A DNA stretch of 64,000 nt from an uncultured bacterium (GTDB lineage Bacteria > Desulfobacterota_D > UBA1144 > Nemesobacterales > UBA2774): NCBI GenBank assembly GCA_963825135.1, contig CAWGRW010000009.1, positions 321,008-385,007 on the forward strand, given 5' to 3'. Positions 48,495-60,480 of the stretch are shown one piece after another. A program made the translations under genes and the position numbers. The notes beneath the pieces are model-generated. The model was not told where the DNA came from. It saw nothing but the letters and a program-made list of their open reading frames with translations, and searched no databases. Each line of letters begins with the position of its first letter. Within the stretch, counting starts at the first letter, position 1.

Positions 48495-50274
48495 ATGATG
48501 AAATCCGTTCTACCCATTCTGTTGATACTTCTGTTTGCACTTTCCTGCGACTCCTCAGGTCCCGGAAACTCGGCGAACGTTTTCGGAGACAATGTGCCCG
48601 ATCCGGATGCAGTCGCCGAGGGCCCTGTCGAGAGCGACGTAGTCCTGGACATCGTACTCGGGCTCGCGCGCTCTCAGGATAGTCTCGCCGAGAGAGTCGA
48701 TGAGCTCCACGATCCGGGCTCCCCTCATTATCACGATTTCAGGAGCGTTCCGGAGATCGCCGAGGAGTTCGGGGCCGACGATTCGGCAATAAAGACAGTG
48801 CAGGAATACCTGGACGGGCTTGGCATTTCCTTGACCGCCGATGCCACAAAGGGATTTCTTCACGGCCGGGCGACGGCTGCGCAGCTGGATCAGCTTTTCG
48901 ACACGGAGCTTTTTTATTACAAGATAGACGAAGGCACTTTTATTGCGCCCTCGATAGCGCCTTCGCTCCCCGCGGCGCTTAACGGACTTGTGACGGAGGT
49001 TCTGGGTTTAAGCACCGAGCCTTCTCTCTGGGAAATCTCCCCATCCGACAGATTCCGAGACCGCTCTCGGCCCATCCGTTGCAATCGACACGCCGGGCTC
49101 CCCGACAGTCACGGGGACCCGCGAGGGGTGCGCCGACGCCCTCAAGCAAAAAGGCTTCACCCCGAACCAGTTTCGAACGGCTTACGGGATCGATGACCTT
49201 CACGAGCTCGGTTTCGAAGGGCAGGGCATCACAATGGCCCTCGTCGAGGGAACCAGTTTCGAGCAATCGAATATCGATAAGTTCACATCCTGTTTCGGAA
49301 TTTCCAATCCCGTCGTTCCGACGGTCGTCCAGCTGGGAAGCGACGAGCTCAAACCCGACGGAGAACCGTTTCTCGATATTGAAACAGCTCTAATGATCGC
49401 CCCCAAGCTCTCGGGGCTTTACGTTTTTCAAGAGAAACTCAATTCCCTGGCCGACTGGATCACGCTCTTCTCCGCGCCGCTCAACACCAAGCACACGGCG
49501 GGGGTTCCCGTGCAGATAATGTCGGGGAGTCTCGGAAACTGCGAGGTCAAATGGGGGTTTGCGGCAATTAGTACGCTGGAATTCGTATTCATGAACGCGG
49601 CAGCTTCAGGGGTGCACGTGTTTATCTCCGCGGGAGACAGCGGCTCGTCCACATGTTTCCACCACGATAAAAAGACCAAGACCAAGTCCGCCGAGTATCC
49701 CGCGTCGTCGCAATACGTCACAGGCGTCGGCGGGACTAACCTTGCGCTCAATGAGGACAACACGATCAAGGGAGAGGGCGTATGGAACGACCAGGATTTC
49801 CCCGCTCCCTACAACAAAAAGTTTGGAGCCGGCGGCGGCGGCAAAAGCATGTTCCTCTCGAGACCTCTCTGGCAGAAGGGAACGAAAATAAAGGGCTTCA
49901 GGAGGACGACGCCCGACGTGGCATTCTTCGCCGATCCTTTTCCGGGCTACGTCATAAACGACTCGCTGAAAGGCTGGTTCGATAACGGGGGCACGAGCGC
50001 CGCGACGCCGTTTTTCGCCGCGTCCATGGCCCTCGTGCTCCAGGCCGCGAAGGAAAACGACGTAACCCTCGACCTCACTTACGAGCTAATCTACAAGCTC
50101 GCGAACAGCGACGCCTACGACGGGGTTTTTCAGGACGTGGTCATAGGGAATAACGACCTCTTCGACGTCGGCTGCTGCACTGCGGGACCGCGTTACGATA
50201 TGGCAAGCGGGTGGGGATCGCTCAACATCAATTCCCTGGCCGAAGTCTTGATCCCGGGGTTGGGGAACCGATAG
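48495..50274 (+). CDS. S53-family (sedolisin/kumamolisin-like) serine peptidase with pro-domain, split by apparent frameshift near 49030-49060
   Basis: ORF 48495..49196: signal/lipobox + pro-kumamolisin activation domain; ORF 49234..50274: catalytic domain with SGDSGSS and GGTSAATPFFAA (Ser nucleophile); frame of ORF2 stays open upstream to ~49020. Confidence 0.75.
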
Positions 50275-50296
50275 TTTAGGTTATTAAGGTTTTATT

Positions 50297-53167
50297 CTAA
50301 GACGCATCAAGCAATTCCCGAACCTTTCGAAGAAAGGTCCGGGGCGTGAAAGGCTTCCCGAGGTATCCGAAACCCCGCTCCTGTTCTCCGGATTGAAAAA
50401 TGGACTCCCTCGTGTAACCGGATATATACAGCACCTTCATCTCAGGATGGATATCCAGGAGTTCTTTCACAAGCTCCGGACCGTTCATGCCGGGCATTAC
50501 CACGTCGGTTACCAGCAGATGAATCGGATCGGCGTACTTGTCGCAGATTTGAAGCGCTTCGATACAGTCCCGCGATTCCATTGCCTTATAACCGCTGTCC
50601 TTCAGCACCATGCTGAGAATATTCCGGACCGTGCCTTCATCTTCGACAAGGAGCACGGTCTCGCTGCCTCCCAGCGGTTTCTCCGCTGCAGGCTCTTCTT
50701 TCCCGGCGGGTTCGGCGCCCGAATCCGCTCGCGGCAGGTATATCCTGAACGTCGAGCCCTTGCCGACCTCGCTCATGACCGTAATATGTCCCTTGCTCTG
50801 ACTCACGATCCCGAAAGTGGTAGCCAGCCCCAGCCCCGTGCCCTGGCCTATGTCCTTGGTCGTGAAGAAGGGCTCGAAGATGCGGGATATGGTCGGCTCA
50901 TCCATCCCGCGCCCGGTGTCGCTGGCGCTTATAACGGCATACTCGCCCGGTTTAACCTCATCGCGCCGATCCGTGTTATTCTCGTCCAGATAGACGTTCG
51001 TCGTGCTTAGAGTAAGCCTGCCCCCCTCCGGCATCGCGTCTCTGGCATTAATAAGGAGGTTCATGATAGCCTGCTCGAGCTGTCCCCTGTCGGCTTTTAC
51101 ATGCCAGAGCTCCGGACGCAGGTCGGTTATGAACTCTATATTCGCCGGAAGCAGTCTCCCGAACATCTTCCCCAGGTCGGAAATTACATGGTTCAGGTTC
51201 AGAACCGTTAATTGGAAGACCTGTCTGCGTCCGAGGGCCAGGAGCCGATTGGTCAGCGCAGCGGCGCGTTCGCCTGCCTTTTGTATCTCCATGATGTTCG
51301 CCCGGAGCCCGTCGTCGATGCTCTCCTGCTCCAGTACGAGGTCGCTATAAGACGCTATGACCGTCAGCAGGTTGTTGAAGTCGTGTGCGACCCCGCCTGC
51401 CAGGTTCCCTATCGCCTCCATTTTCTGCACCCTGCGGAGCTGCTCCTCGAGTCTTTTCCTTTCGGTTATGTCCGTAACGAAGCCCTCGATGTAAGGAGGC
51501 CCACCGTCTTCCGGATAAATGCCTCTGCCCTTGTCCCAGACCCATTTCTCCTCTCTCGCTTTAGTAATAATCCTGTAAACCAGGTCGAACTGCTGGCGCT
51601 TTCCGAGTGCGGTCAGGGCATCCTCCCACACGCGTCCCCGGTCGTCAGGGTGTATTAGATTGGAGTACTTGACCTCCCTCGTAACAACAAATTCTTCAGG
51701 GGCGTAGCCTGTTAGCGCGGATACCCCTTCGCTGATGAAATCAAGCGTCCAGTATTTGTCGTATTTGCAGCGGTAAGAGCATCCCGGGAGGTTGCCGAGG
51801 AGCGTCGACAACATCCGCTCGTTCTCCCTGAGGGCTTCTTCGGCCTGCTTACGGTCCGTGATGTCCTCAACGACTCCCATACCGCCGATAACCGTCCCTC
51901 CGGCATCGAGCAGGGGAGAGTAGTGAAGAGACAGCCACAGCTTGACTGGAGATGTCGTAGCTTCATAAACACCTTCGTGATAGGAAGGCGTTCCTTCAGT
52001 AGCGGTTTTCATCGCATTTAAAAAACTCTTGTCCTTTAACGTATTCATATCGAGGCCGATAATCTTTTCAAGTGACGATTGCAGTATGTCGCTCAGGCGT
52101 TCATTACATTGTGTTATCCTCAGTTCCTTATCAAATATAAAAACTCCTACGGGCGACTGGTCGAAGAGGATGCGGTACCGCTCTTCCGAACGCCTGAGCG
52201 CCTCTGCCACCTGAGCCTTTTGTATCGCTCTCACCACCATTTGCGAAACGATCCCCAGCATTTTTAACTCTTCGTCGTCAAACGCGTCTTTCTTGAGAGA
52301 ATCTATCTTTATCACGCCGGTTACGCTGCCGTCGGTGCGGATCGGCATCGAGACGATGCTCTTCGTTCCCAATTTCCTCCCGGCGGGTCCGAGGACGGAA
52401 TCCAGGTCCGCGTCCTCACAGTACAATATGGGATTTCCGTCGAGAATCGCCTTCCACGTAAAGCCCTTCGGGTACGGGATCCTCCCGGCGCGCTCGATGA
52501 ACCATCCGGGATAACCCCTCTCGGCCATCATGACGGCGTCGTTACCCTCAACGAAATAAATCGAAACGAAGTCGCAGCCCTTGATGTTCTTGTTTATCAT
52601 CTCAACCGTGACTTCGAGTATGTCACCCACGCGGGCGTACTCCGATATGCTCCTGTTAATTTCGTTGATTATCGTCTCGTGGCTGCTCTTCTTCGACAGC
52701 CGCGCGATGCTCCTGTTGAGCTCATCGACCATGCGCCTGCTCTCCGTGACGTCACGGAAGCTGCACACTATTCCGACAACTTCGCCTTCGGATAACCGGG
52801 GGTTACAGTGTTGCTCGAAGACCCTCCCGTCCTTGAGCTCGATAACGTCGCTGCCGGGTTGCCCGGGGTTCTCTTCCATTTGCCTCAGTTTCTTGAGTAC
52901 CGCATCCGGGTCTTTCACGACCGAAAGGACGAAAGCGAACACGCGGTTGAAATCCCCGCCCTCCAGCTCGGACTCGGGTATCCCCCACATGTCTATCAGC
53001 TTCCTGTTAATGTAGGTTATATTTCCCGACCTTCCTCTGGCGATAATACCGTCCGCTGTCGCCTCCAGTGTCGCGTGGACGAGGGAAGGCGCTTCCTCGA
53101 GATTAGCCTTCGTCAGATCCCGAGGGTCGTCATTGAGCTGTTTTTTTGTTTTAGTTCCGTCTTTCAA
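50297..53167 (-). CDS. Hybrid sensor histidine kinase/response regulator with multiple PAS and GAF domains
   Basis: 956 aa; PAS/GAF repeats, H-box VAHDFNNLLTVI, HATPase (DTGRGM, GTGLGLA), C-terminal REC (VLLVEDE...D...VMPGMNG). Confidence 0.85.
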   Translation of the reverse strand: MKDGTKTKKQLNDDPRDLTKANLEEAPSLVHATLEATADGIIARGRSGNITYINRKLIDMWGIPESELEGGDFNRVFAFVLSVVKDPDAVLKKLRQMEENPGQPGSDVIELKDGRVFEQHCNPRLSEGEVVGIVCSFRDVTESRRMVDELNRSIARLSKKSSHETIINEINRSISEYARVGDILEVTVEMINKNIKGCDFVSIYFVEGNDAVMMAERGYPGWFIERAGRIPYPKGFTWKAILDGNPILYCEDADLDSVLGPAGRKLGTKSIVSMPIRTDGSVTGVIKIDSLKKDAFDDEELKMLGIVSQMVVRAIQKAQVAEALRRSEERYRILFDQSPVGVFIFDKELRITQCNERLSDILQSSLEKIIGLDMNTLKDKSFLNAMKTATEGTPSYHEGVYEATTSPVKLWLSLHYSPLLDAGGTVIGGMGVVEDITDRKQAEEALRENERMLSTLLGNLPGCSYRCKYDKYWTLDFISEGVSALTGYAPEEFVVTREVKYSNLIHPDDRGRVWEDALTALGKRQQFDLVYRIITKAREEKWVWDKGRGIYPEDGGPPYIEGFVTDITERKRLEEQLRRVQKMEAIGNLAGGVAHDFNNLLTVIASYSDLVLEQESIDDGLRANIMEIQKAGERAAALTNRLLALGRRQVFQLTVLNLNHVISDLGKMFGRLLPANIEFITDLRPELWHVKADRGQLEQAIMNLLINARDAMPEGGRLTLSTTNVYLDENNTDRRDEVKPGEYAVISASDTGRGMDEPTISRIFEPFFTTKDIGQGTGLGLATTFGIVSQSKGHITVMSEVGKGSTFRIYLPRADSGAEPAGKEEPAAEKPLGGSETVLLVEDEGTVRNILSMVLKDSGYKAMESRDCIEALQICDKYADPIHLLVTDVVMPGMNGPELVKELLDIHPEMKVLYISGYTRESIFQSGEQERGFGYLGKPFTPRTFLRKVRELLDAS

Positions 53168-53524
53168 CCGTAGCCGCCTTTATATGGACCCCGCACGCAT
53201 CAAAACCGCTTCCATTTTCCAAATACAGCAAGATGAATTTGCGGGTTATTGTTAACCGTACAAAACAAACGTCGATACATTAAGGATATGATATCCGTAT
53301 CCGCATCCAAACTCATTAAGGACGGAAAAAACGATCGACGCCTTCCGGCAGCGATCAATTATGTGCACACTTTACGGTAAATTGTATCGGGTTAAACACG
53401 AAGCGACCCGGAATTGACGGACTTGACGGACTACGCATGGAATAACCGCAGCACTTATGACGAAACCCTGTAATTATGACGCGCTCGAGATAATGAGCAT
53501 CCTCGAATCAATGGGAACGAGGGG

Positions 53525-56023
53525 CTACGCATTTTTCATCAATGCCGGATTCAGAAATTCGTGCACGCGCGATCTGAATAATTCCACCCTGAACGGCTTT
53601 GTAATATACTCGTTTCCCGTATTGGTGAGGAACTCCATGGTTTCGCTGCTCGGGTCGCCGGTAATAAAAATCACTTTCCCGGCGAGACCGGGGTTGGCCG
53701 CTTTTACCTCGTTGTAAAAAGAGATCCCGCTCATTTTCGGCATTTTTATGTCGCATATGATAAGGTCGTAGGCGTTGGAGAGGATTTTTTTGAGGGCTTC
53801 CTCTCCGTCACATGCAACGTCCATAGTGAGGTTCTCATCCTCGAGCACCCCTTTAATCAGATCGACTACCAGCTCTTCGTCCTCCACGATAATAATCCTC
53901 TTCCGGTTTATCTTCCCCACGCTCGGCGATTCGTCTTTCTCGCTGCGGAGGCCCGGAGTCGTAATCCGCGAAATTACCGGCAGCTCCACAATAATGGCGG
54001 CCCCCGTCCCCTCTCCGTCCCGGTTTTCCGCGCGTATCTCGCCTCCGTGCTCGTTTACGATGCCGTAGGCAACCGCAAGGCCGAGTCCCGTCCCTTTCCC
54101 GGGTTCCTTCGTGGTGAAGAACGGATCGAATATTTTTCCGACGATATCCTGCGGAATCCCCGGGCCGTCGTCTCTGAAAGCGATTTCGATTACCCCGTTT
54201 TTGATCACTCTCGTGGTCACCGTCAGACGCCCCCGGTCGCTCAGTGCGCTGATCGCCTGCTCGGCATTGAGTATGATGTTCGTAAATACCTGTTGTATCC
54301 GGTTTGAATCGACCATCGTTTTAGGGATCCCCCTGTCCAGGTCCAGCACGACCTCTATGTTCTCGAGCCTGAGCTGGTACTCCCTGAATTCGAGCGACTG
54401 CTCGATGATCGCGTTGATGTCCTCATAGGTCCTGAGAGGCCTGTATTTCCGGGAGAACGACAACAGCTTCTCGATAATCTTCGCGACCCGAAGCCCGGAA
54501 GAGTTGATAATCTCGAGGGGCTTCTTCTCCTTGTCATCGAGCCCGGGCCGCATGAGGAGCCTCTGTGAATAACCGATTATCGGCGTGAGGGGGTTGTTTA
54601 TCTCATGCGCAATGCTCGATATCAGCTGCCCGAGAGAAGCGAGCTTCTCCGACTGGACGAGCTTCTCCTGGGCTGACTCGATCTCCTCCAGCATCTTCGC
54701 TTTCGCTACGGCGATCGCTATCTGATCCCCCATAGCCGAAAGCAGGCGCACTTCGCTTTCGCTGAACTTACGCTCCTTATAGCTCAGGAACCAGATAACT
54801 CCGATAACTTCGTTCCCCTGAAATATCGGTATCCCGAGCAGGCTGTGGTGTCCGAGCTCCCTGCCGGCCTCGCCGATATCCTTGTCTTTCTGCGCGTCTT
54901 CGATGTTTACCACCGCCCCGCTGTCGATGACCTTCCAGGTAAGCCCCTTGGGACTCGGGACTCTTCCCGCCCGATGCATATAAAATTCGGGGAAGTTCCT
55001 GCTCGCCTGGGCCACCGCCTCATTCTTTTCCTTATCCACAAGGTAGATCAAGGCCATGTCCACGTTTTCCATATCCATTATCGTGTCCAGCGCGACGTTA
55101 TAAACCTCGTTCAGGTCGAGGAACCTGTGCACGGCCTTCATCAGCGTATTCAGGGCCAGGAGCTCCTCCTCCGTCCTTTTACGCTCCGTAATGTCCCTCG
55201 TGATAATAACGCCCCGTATCTCTCCCGAAGCCGTCGTAAAGGGGTTCCCTATGCATTCGAGCCACTGGTACTCGCCGGATTTGTGAAGGGCCCTGAACGT
55301 AACCCTCTCCGAGGTGCGGTTCATCACCGCGCGCATGAAGACTGTCATGACCATGGGCAGGTCGTCGGGGTGCATGAAATCGAAGGCCCTTTTGCCCATA
55401 AGCTCCGACTCCATATAACCCGTAAGCTCGAAGCAGGACGGATTCACGTACAGTATCCTTCCCCCGGTATCCACCTCGTAAATAAGATCGTAGCTGTTCT
55501 CCACTATGGTCCGGTATTTGTTTTCACTCTCTATGAGCCCCTCTTCCGTTTCCCTGAGCCTGGTAATGTCGCGGAACACGACGACCACTCCCCTGAAGTC
55601 CGTCTCCTCGTACTGTACGGGGGCGATGCTCGCGGAGACGTACCGTGTCGCCCCGTCCCGGGCGACGAGGACCGTGTCCCTCTGCAAACCGAGCGTCTCT
55701 CCCGTTTCAAGGACAGCGCTCGCGGGCTCGAGCGGACTCTCCCGTCGTTTATCGTTGAAGAGACGGAGCACATCCTCGACGGGCCTCCCTATAGCCTCCT
55801 CATATGTCCAGCCCGTCAACTCCTCCGCTTTATAGTTGATCAGAATGGTCCTGCCGTCTTCGCCCGCGATTATCACGCCGTCGCCGATGCTCCGGAAACA
55901 TACCGAGAGCTCCTCCATCCGGCGTGAAAGGGCCTTTTCCCTTTCCTCATGGCGGGAAATTCCGAGACGGAGTTCTTCAATCTCGCTGATCAGCTGTTTC
56001 TTCGTCTTACTCTCGTCCTTCAT
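53525..56023 (-). CDS. Hybrid sensor histidine kinase/response regulator with PAS and GAF domains
   Basis: 832 aa; PAS x3, GAF, H-box [12 protein letters not shown], HATPase ([15 protein letters not shown]), C-terminal REC (IIIVEDE...DIKMPKMSG). Confidence 0.85.
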   Translation of the reverse strand: MKDESKTKKQLISEIEELRLGISRHEEREKALSRRMEELSVCFRSIGDGVIIAGEDGRTILINYKAEELTGWTYEEAIGRPVEDVLRLFNDKRRESPLEPASAVLETGETLGLQRDTVLVARDGATRYVSASIAPVQYEETDFRGVVVVFRDITRLRETEEGLIESENKYRTIVENSYDLIYEVDTGGRILYVNPSCFELTGYMESELMGKRAFDFMHPDDLPMVMTVFMRAVMNRTSERVTFRALHKSGEYQWLECIGNPFTTASGEIRGVIITRDITERKRTEEELLALNTLMKAVHRFLDLNEVYNVALDTIMDMENVDMALIYLVDKEKNEAVAQASRNFPEFYMHRAGRVPSPKGLTWKVIDSGAVVNIEDAQKDKDIGEAGRELGHHSLLGIPIFQGNEVIGVIWFLSYKERKFSESEVRLLSAMGDQIAIAVAKAKMLEEIESAQEKLVQSEKLASLGQLISSIAHEINNPLTPIIGYSQRLLMRPGLDDKEKKPLEIINSSGLRVAKIIEKLLSFSRKYRPLRTYEDINAIIEQSLEFREYQLRLENIEVVLDLDRGIPKTMVDSNRIQQVFTNIILNAEQAISALSDRGRLTVTTRVIKNGVIEIAFRDDGPGIPQDIVGKIFDPFFTTKEPGKGTGLGLAVAYGIVNEHGGEIRAENRDGEGTGAAIIVELPVISRITTPGLRSEKDESPSVGKINRKRIIIVEDEELVVDLIKGVLEDENLTMDVACDGEEALKKILSNAYDLIICDIKMPKMSGISFYNEVKAANPGLAGKVIFITGDPSSETMEFLTNTGNEYITKPFRVELFRSRVHEFLNPALMKNA

Positions 56024-56551
56024 TTCTGCCCTCGGACTCCTGACGAATAACCTGGCGGTTCATGCACGGCCGCATGAGGCATTTAGAATGAAGCACCCTG
56101 AAATTAACTGGCATTGCAGATAGTTACAACCACACATCCCTGCGGGATACCTGCCGCTTCCGGTAAATTCGACCCATAGCCCTTCCGTTTGAATTATTAA
56201 TGCACATCGCCTGAATTGTAAATAGAGAAGGTCAGATATGATTAAGAATAAAGATTAGCGGGGATAATCTCGACCCCGGTCGATACTTCGACCCGGACGG
56301 GACCGAACCCCCTTCACCCGCCCCGGTTACATATTATGCGGACTCCGATCGGGGCGTCAGGGAATGGCGGGTACCGTTAATCCCAATTTGCAGATTTGAT
56401 AACAGAACATGACCGCCGTCAACTCCGCACTCTTAATATTAATTTCATGTTAATCCGGAAATTCAGGGATGACACGGAACGGATATTGATATATCCTTCT
56501 ACTAAAATAATATATTTTTGTTTAGATATTATCGGTAAAGGAGAGCGCAAG

Positions 56552-56776
56552 ATGGCGACTAAAAAAGAAGCAGCCCCCAAAAAGACTGCGGGCAAAAAGG
56601 CGGCTACCCCCAAGACCTCGAGCAAAAAAACTTCATCTGCCAAGGGATCCGTTCAGGACAAAATCGCGAGAGTCGCATACGAGCTTTTTGAAAAGAGCGG
56701 ACGCATCCACGGAAGAGACGTCGAGCACTGGCTCGAAGCAGAGGTAATAGTCTTCGGCAAGAAGAAGAAAAAGTAA
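56552..56776 (+). CDS. DUF2934-like small protein with Lys-rich N-terminus
   Basis: Start at ATG 56552 with AAAGGAGAG RBS; C-terminal motif IARVAYELFEKSGRIHGRDVEHWLEAE. Confidence 0.5.
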   Translation: MATKKEAAPKKTAGKKAATPKTSSKKTSSAKGSVQDKIARVAYELFEKSGRIHGRDVEHWLEAEVIVFGKKKKK

Positions 56777-57195
56777 ATACAGCTTCTCCCGCTGAATGTC
56801 AGGCGTTGTTCCCGGATACGTCCATATCCATGTCTGGGAACCCTTACCTGAACTCCCAAACGTTACTGATCCGCCCCCGCTCCGCATCTCGAATTCCCGC
56901 TCATATTGAAATATTAACAAGAATCACAGATAGCGGCATATGCTGATATAGCCTGTGCCGCTTCATTTTATCCGCTTTTATTAAGCGCGCCCTTGTACGC
57001 TGCAAAGTCCGGCCGCCGGACAGTGATAAATAATCGGCTATTCATCCCTGACTCTCTCCGCTGTACAATATAGCAGCGTCATATGGAATCGGTCTTCGTC
57101 CGCCCGCCCGGCGGCAGGCCGAAATAAGAGAGGAGGATATAAGGGCTTTAACGACCGCTCGCCCCCGCTGCGCGCGGGGAGCCCCCCCGAACAAC

Positions 57196-59874
57196 ATGAA
57201 TACAGGAATAAAGCTCACAGAGGAAGAGAAGAGACTTAGAGGGGACAGGGAGAAAAAAACATACTGGAAAAAATGGGGGCCGTACCTGAGCGAGAGGCAG
57301 TGGGGGACCGTCAGGGAGGACTACAGCCCCGGAGGCACCGCGTGGGAATACCTGCCCCACGACCACGCCCGCTCGCGCGCCTACAGGTGGGGAGAGGACG
57401 GCATCGCGGGCATATCCGACAACCATCAGAAGCTCTGTTTCGCGGTCGCGCTCTGGAACGGTCATGACCCTATACTGAAGGAAAGGCTCTTCGGTCTTAC
57501 AGGCACCGAGGGCAATCACGGCGAGGACGTAAAGGAATACTACTACTATCTGGACAACACGCCGTCCCACGCCTACATGAAGTGCCTTTACAAGTACCCG
57601 CAGAAGGCCTATCCGTATGACGACCTGGTCGAGGTCAATAAAAATAGGGGCCGCCACGAGCCCGAGTACGAGCTCATCGACACGGGCGTCTTCGACGAAG
57701 ACCGATATTTCGACGTATTCGTCGAGTACGCGAAGAAATCGCCCGAGGACATACTCGTCCTCATCACGGTCGCGAACAGGGGGCCCGCCGAGGCGGCGCT
57801 CCACCTGCTCCCCACGCTCTGGTTCAGGAACACGTGGTCGTGGAAGGGAGGGGAAAAACCCTCTCTCCGGTACGCTGAGTCGGAGGAGAAGTTAAAAGTC
57901 ATCGAAGCCTCGCACCCGGAGCTCGGCAAGAGGTGGCTCTACTGCGACAACCCCGGCGGGCTTCTCTTTACGGATAACGAAACAAATTTCGAGAGGGTCT
58001 TCGGCTCCCCGAACGAGACGACTTACGTCAAGGACGGCATCAACGACTACATAGTCGGGGGCAGGGAGAGCGCCGTCAACAGCAAGGGCGCGGGGACGAA
58101 GGTGTCGGCCCATTACACGCTCACGATACCCGCCGGAAAATCCGTAACGGTCAAGCTCAGGCTCTCGGACACGATTAATCTCATAGACCCGTTCGGCAAG
58201 CTATACGACGCAGTCTTCGCGAAACGAAAAAAAGAGGCGGACGAGTTTTATAAAAGGATGTGCCCGTACACGCTCCCCGAGGACCTCTCGAACATACAGC
58301 GCCAGGCCTTCGCGGGAATGCTGTGGACGAAGCAGTTTTTCTATTACATCGTCGAGGAATGGCTCAACGGCGACCCCCTCTGCCCCCCTCCCCCCGAATC
58401 GAGGAAACAGGGGCGGAACCACAACTGGATTCACGTTTATAACGAGGACATACTCTCAATGCCGGACAAGTGGGAATACCCATGGTTCGCGGCGTGGGAC
58501 CTCGCCTTTCACACCGTAAATTACTCCCTCATCGACCCCGACTTCGCGAAGCGCCAGCTGATGCTGCTCACGAGGGAATGGTACATGCACCCGAACGGCC
58601 AGATGCCGGCATACGAATGGGCGTTCGGCGACGTGAACCCGCCCGTACACGCCTGGGCCGCCTGGAGGGTCTACAACATAGAGCACAAGATGTACGGCAG
58701 GAAGGACATCCATTTCCTGGAAAGGGTCTTCCAAAAACTCCTCCTCAATTTCACCTGGTGGGTCAACAGGAAGGACGCCGAAGGAAAAAACGTATTCGAG
58801 GGAGGGTTTCTGGGGCTCGACAACATAGGCGTATTCGACAGGAACGCGAAGCTCCCGTCGGGCGTGATACTCGAGCAGGCGGACGGCACGAGCTGGATGG
58901 GGATGTACTGCCTCAACATGCTCGCGATAGCCATAGAGCTGGCGAAGCACAATACGAGCTACGAGGACATAGCGAGCAAGTTCTTCGAGCACTTCCTCTA
59001 CATCGCGAGGGCAATAAACTTGCCCGAAAGGGGCCACGACGGCCTCTGGGACGAGGAAGACCAGTTCTACTACGACGTGCTCCACCTGCCTAACGGAAAT
59101 CACCTGCCGCTCAAGGTGCGCTCCATGGTGGGGCTCATTCCGCTCTACGCCATAGAGACTATCGAGCCCGACGTGCTCGAGAAGCTCAGGGGGTTCAGTC
59201 AGAGGATGGAATGGTTCATAGAGAACAGGCCCGACCTCGGGCAGAACGTGGCCTCCATGGTGGAAAGGGGCGTGGGCGAGAGGAGGCTCCTGTCGATAGT
59301 CGATCAGGACAAGCTGAGGCAGGTGCTTAAGAAAATGCTCGACGAGAACGAGTTCCTGAGCCCCTACGGGATACGCTCGGTCTCGAAATTCCACAGGGAC
59401 CACCCTTATGAGTTCCGCGTGGCCGGGTATGACTATACGGTCGCGTACGAGCCCGCGGAATCTACGAGCGGGCTCTTCGGAGGGAATTCCAACTGGAGGG
59501 GCCCCGTCTGGTACCCGGTCAATTTCCTCCTCATCGAATCGCTCCAGAAGTTCCACTACTACCTCGGGGACAGCTTCAAGGTCGAATGCCCCACCGGCTC
59601 GGGCAAATATATGACCCTCTGGGAAGTGGCGAAGGAAATATCCCACAGGCTCGTCAGAATATTCAAGAAGGACGCCTCCGGGAGGAGACCCGTTTACGGG
59701 GGCGAAGAGAAATTCCAGACCGACCCCTACTGGAGCTGCTATATTAATTTCTACGAGTATTTCCACGGCGATAACGGCGCCGGCATCGGCGCGAGCCACC
59801 AGACAGGCTGGACGGGACTCGTCGGAAAGCTCATACGCCAGTCGGGCGAATACGGGACAATAGACGAAATTTAA
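57196..59874 (+). CDS. GH63-family glycoside hydrolase (mannosylglycerate hydrolase / processing alpha-glucosidase-like)
   Basis: 892 aa; N-terminal beta-sandwich + (alpha/alpha)6 barrel pattern, N-terminal block [20 protein letters not shown] typical of bacterial GH63 glucosidases. Confidence 0.65.
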   Translation: MNTGIKLTEEEKRLRGDREKKTYWKKWGPYLSERQWGTVREDYSPGGTAWEYLPHDHARSRAYRWGEDGIAGISDNHQKLCFAVALWNGHDPILKERLFGLTGTEGNHGEDVKEYYYYLDNTPSHAYMKCLYKYPQKAYPYDDLVEVNKNRGRHEPEYELIDTGVFDEDRYFDVFVEYAKKSPEDILVLITVANRGPAEAALHLLPTLWFRNTWSWKGGEKPSLRYAESEEKLKVIEASHPELGKRWLYCDNPGGLLFTDNETNFERVFGSPNETTYVKDGINDYIVGGRESAVNSKGAGTKVSAHYTLTIPAGKSVTVKLRLSDTINLIDPFGKLYDAVFAKRKKEADEFYKRMCPYTLPEDLSNIQRQAFAGMLWTKQFFYYIVEEWLNGDPLCPPPPESRKQGRNHNWIHVYNEDILSMPDKWEYPWFAAWDLAFHTVNYSLIDPDFAKRQLMLLTREWYMHPNGQMPAYEWAFGDVNPPVHAWAAWRVYNIEHKMYGRKDIHFLERVFQKLLLNFTWWVNRKDAEGKNVFEGGFLGLDNIGVFDRNAKLPSGVILEQADGTSWMGMYCLNMLAIAIELAKHNTSYEDIASKFFEHFLYIARAINLPERGHDGLWDEEDQFYYDVLHLPNGNHLPLKVRSMVGLIPLYAIETIEPDVLEKLRGFSQRMEWFIENRPDLGQNVASMVERGVGERRLLSIVDQDKLRQVLKKMLDENEFLSPYGIRSVSKFHRDHPYEFRVAGYDYTVAYEPAESTSGLFGGNSNWRGPVWYPVNFLLIESLQKFHYYLGDSFKVECPTGSGKYMTLWEVAKEISHRLVRIFKKDASGRRPVYGGEEKFQTDPYWSCYINFYEYFHGDNGAGIGASHQTGWTGLVGKLIRQSGEYGTIDEI

Positions 59875-59891
59875 GAATGGAAATATTTCGC

Positions 59892-59920
59892 TTGACAAAT
59901 TAAGACGCATGCTTTATATT
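59892..59920 (+). promoter_or_regulatory. Near-consensus sigma70-type promoter TTGACA-N17-TATATT immediately downstream of the GH63 gene
   Basis: TTGACA 59892-59897, TATATT 59915-59920, 17-nt spacer. Confidence 0.4.
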
Positions 59921-59975
59921 AATAACTAATATTAAGTAGCGCGCTTAAAGTCATCCTCCATCCTCCTTTAAGAAA

Positions 59976-60018
59976 AGAGGGAACATTCCGGAAACGGATG
60001 TTCCCTCTTTTTGTTTTT
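59976..60018 (+). terminator. Rho-independent terminator: perfect 11-bp stem (AGAGGGAACAT/ATGTTCCCTCT), 11-nt loop, followed by TTTTTGTTTTT
   Basis: Seen in sequence 100 nt after GH63 stop and ~55 nt after the candidate promoter. Confidence 0.7.
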
Positions 60019-60219
60019 ACAGCAACGCCTGAAGCCCGCAAAGGGTATCTATTCCCTCTCATCCGCTTTCCTCGTCCCCAATCGCTCACGCCGTATATCT
60101 CCAATAAACACCTGATTTGTGAAGATATTTCTCACGAATTTGATATATTCCGATACGCATCATATAATATCCGTAGTTCTGTAGTAAGGAAGTAATAAGA
60201 AGCAGGGGGTTCGTGAACC

Positions 60220-60480
60220 ATGGCAGAGAGCGTCAACGTTAGAATCACGGGAAAGCTCATCAAATTCGTGAAGGACCAGACAGGCCCGGAGGGAATGTAT
60301 GAATCGGTAAGCGAGTATGTCCGAGCCCTGATCAGGCAGGATTATGAGCGGCTTGAAGAGCACAGATGGCAACGGCTCTATGGGGAGCTCGAGCCAGGAA
60401 TGAACGCCGGAGAGAGCGAATTTATCGAGGTCGGGGCCGAGGACGTAATCGCCAGAAACCGCGGCAATCAAAAATTATGA
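60220..60480 (+). CDS. parD: Type II antitoxin, ParD/CopG ribbon-helix-helix family
   Basis: 86 aa; N-terminal beta-strand + helices (NVRITGKLIKFVKDQTG...SEYVRALIRQDYERLE), ParD-like C-terminal tail; stop overlaps parE start (ATGA). Confidence 0.65.
   Translation: MAESVNVRITGKLIKFVKDQTGPEGMYESVSEYVRALIRQDYERLEEHRWQRLYGELEPGMNAGESEFIEVGAEDVIARNRGNQKL

Noticed and set aside
58456-59910. 484-aa minus-strand ORF opposite the GH63 gene
   Set aside because: Antisense shadow ORF with Arg/Pro/Val-rich composition; GH63 frame has coherent domain structure and a downstream terminator.
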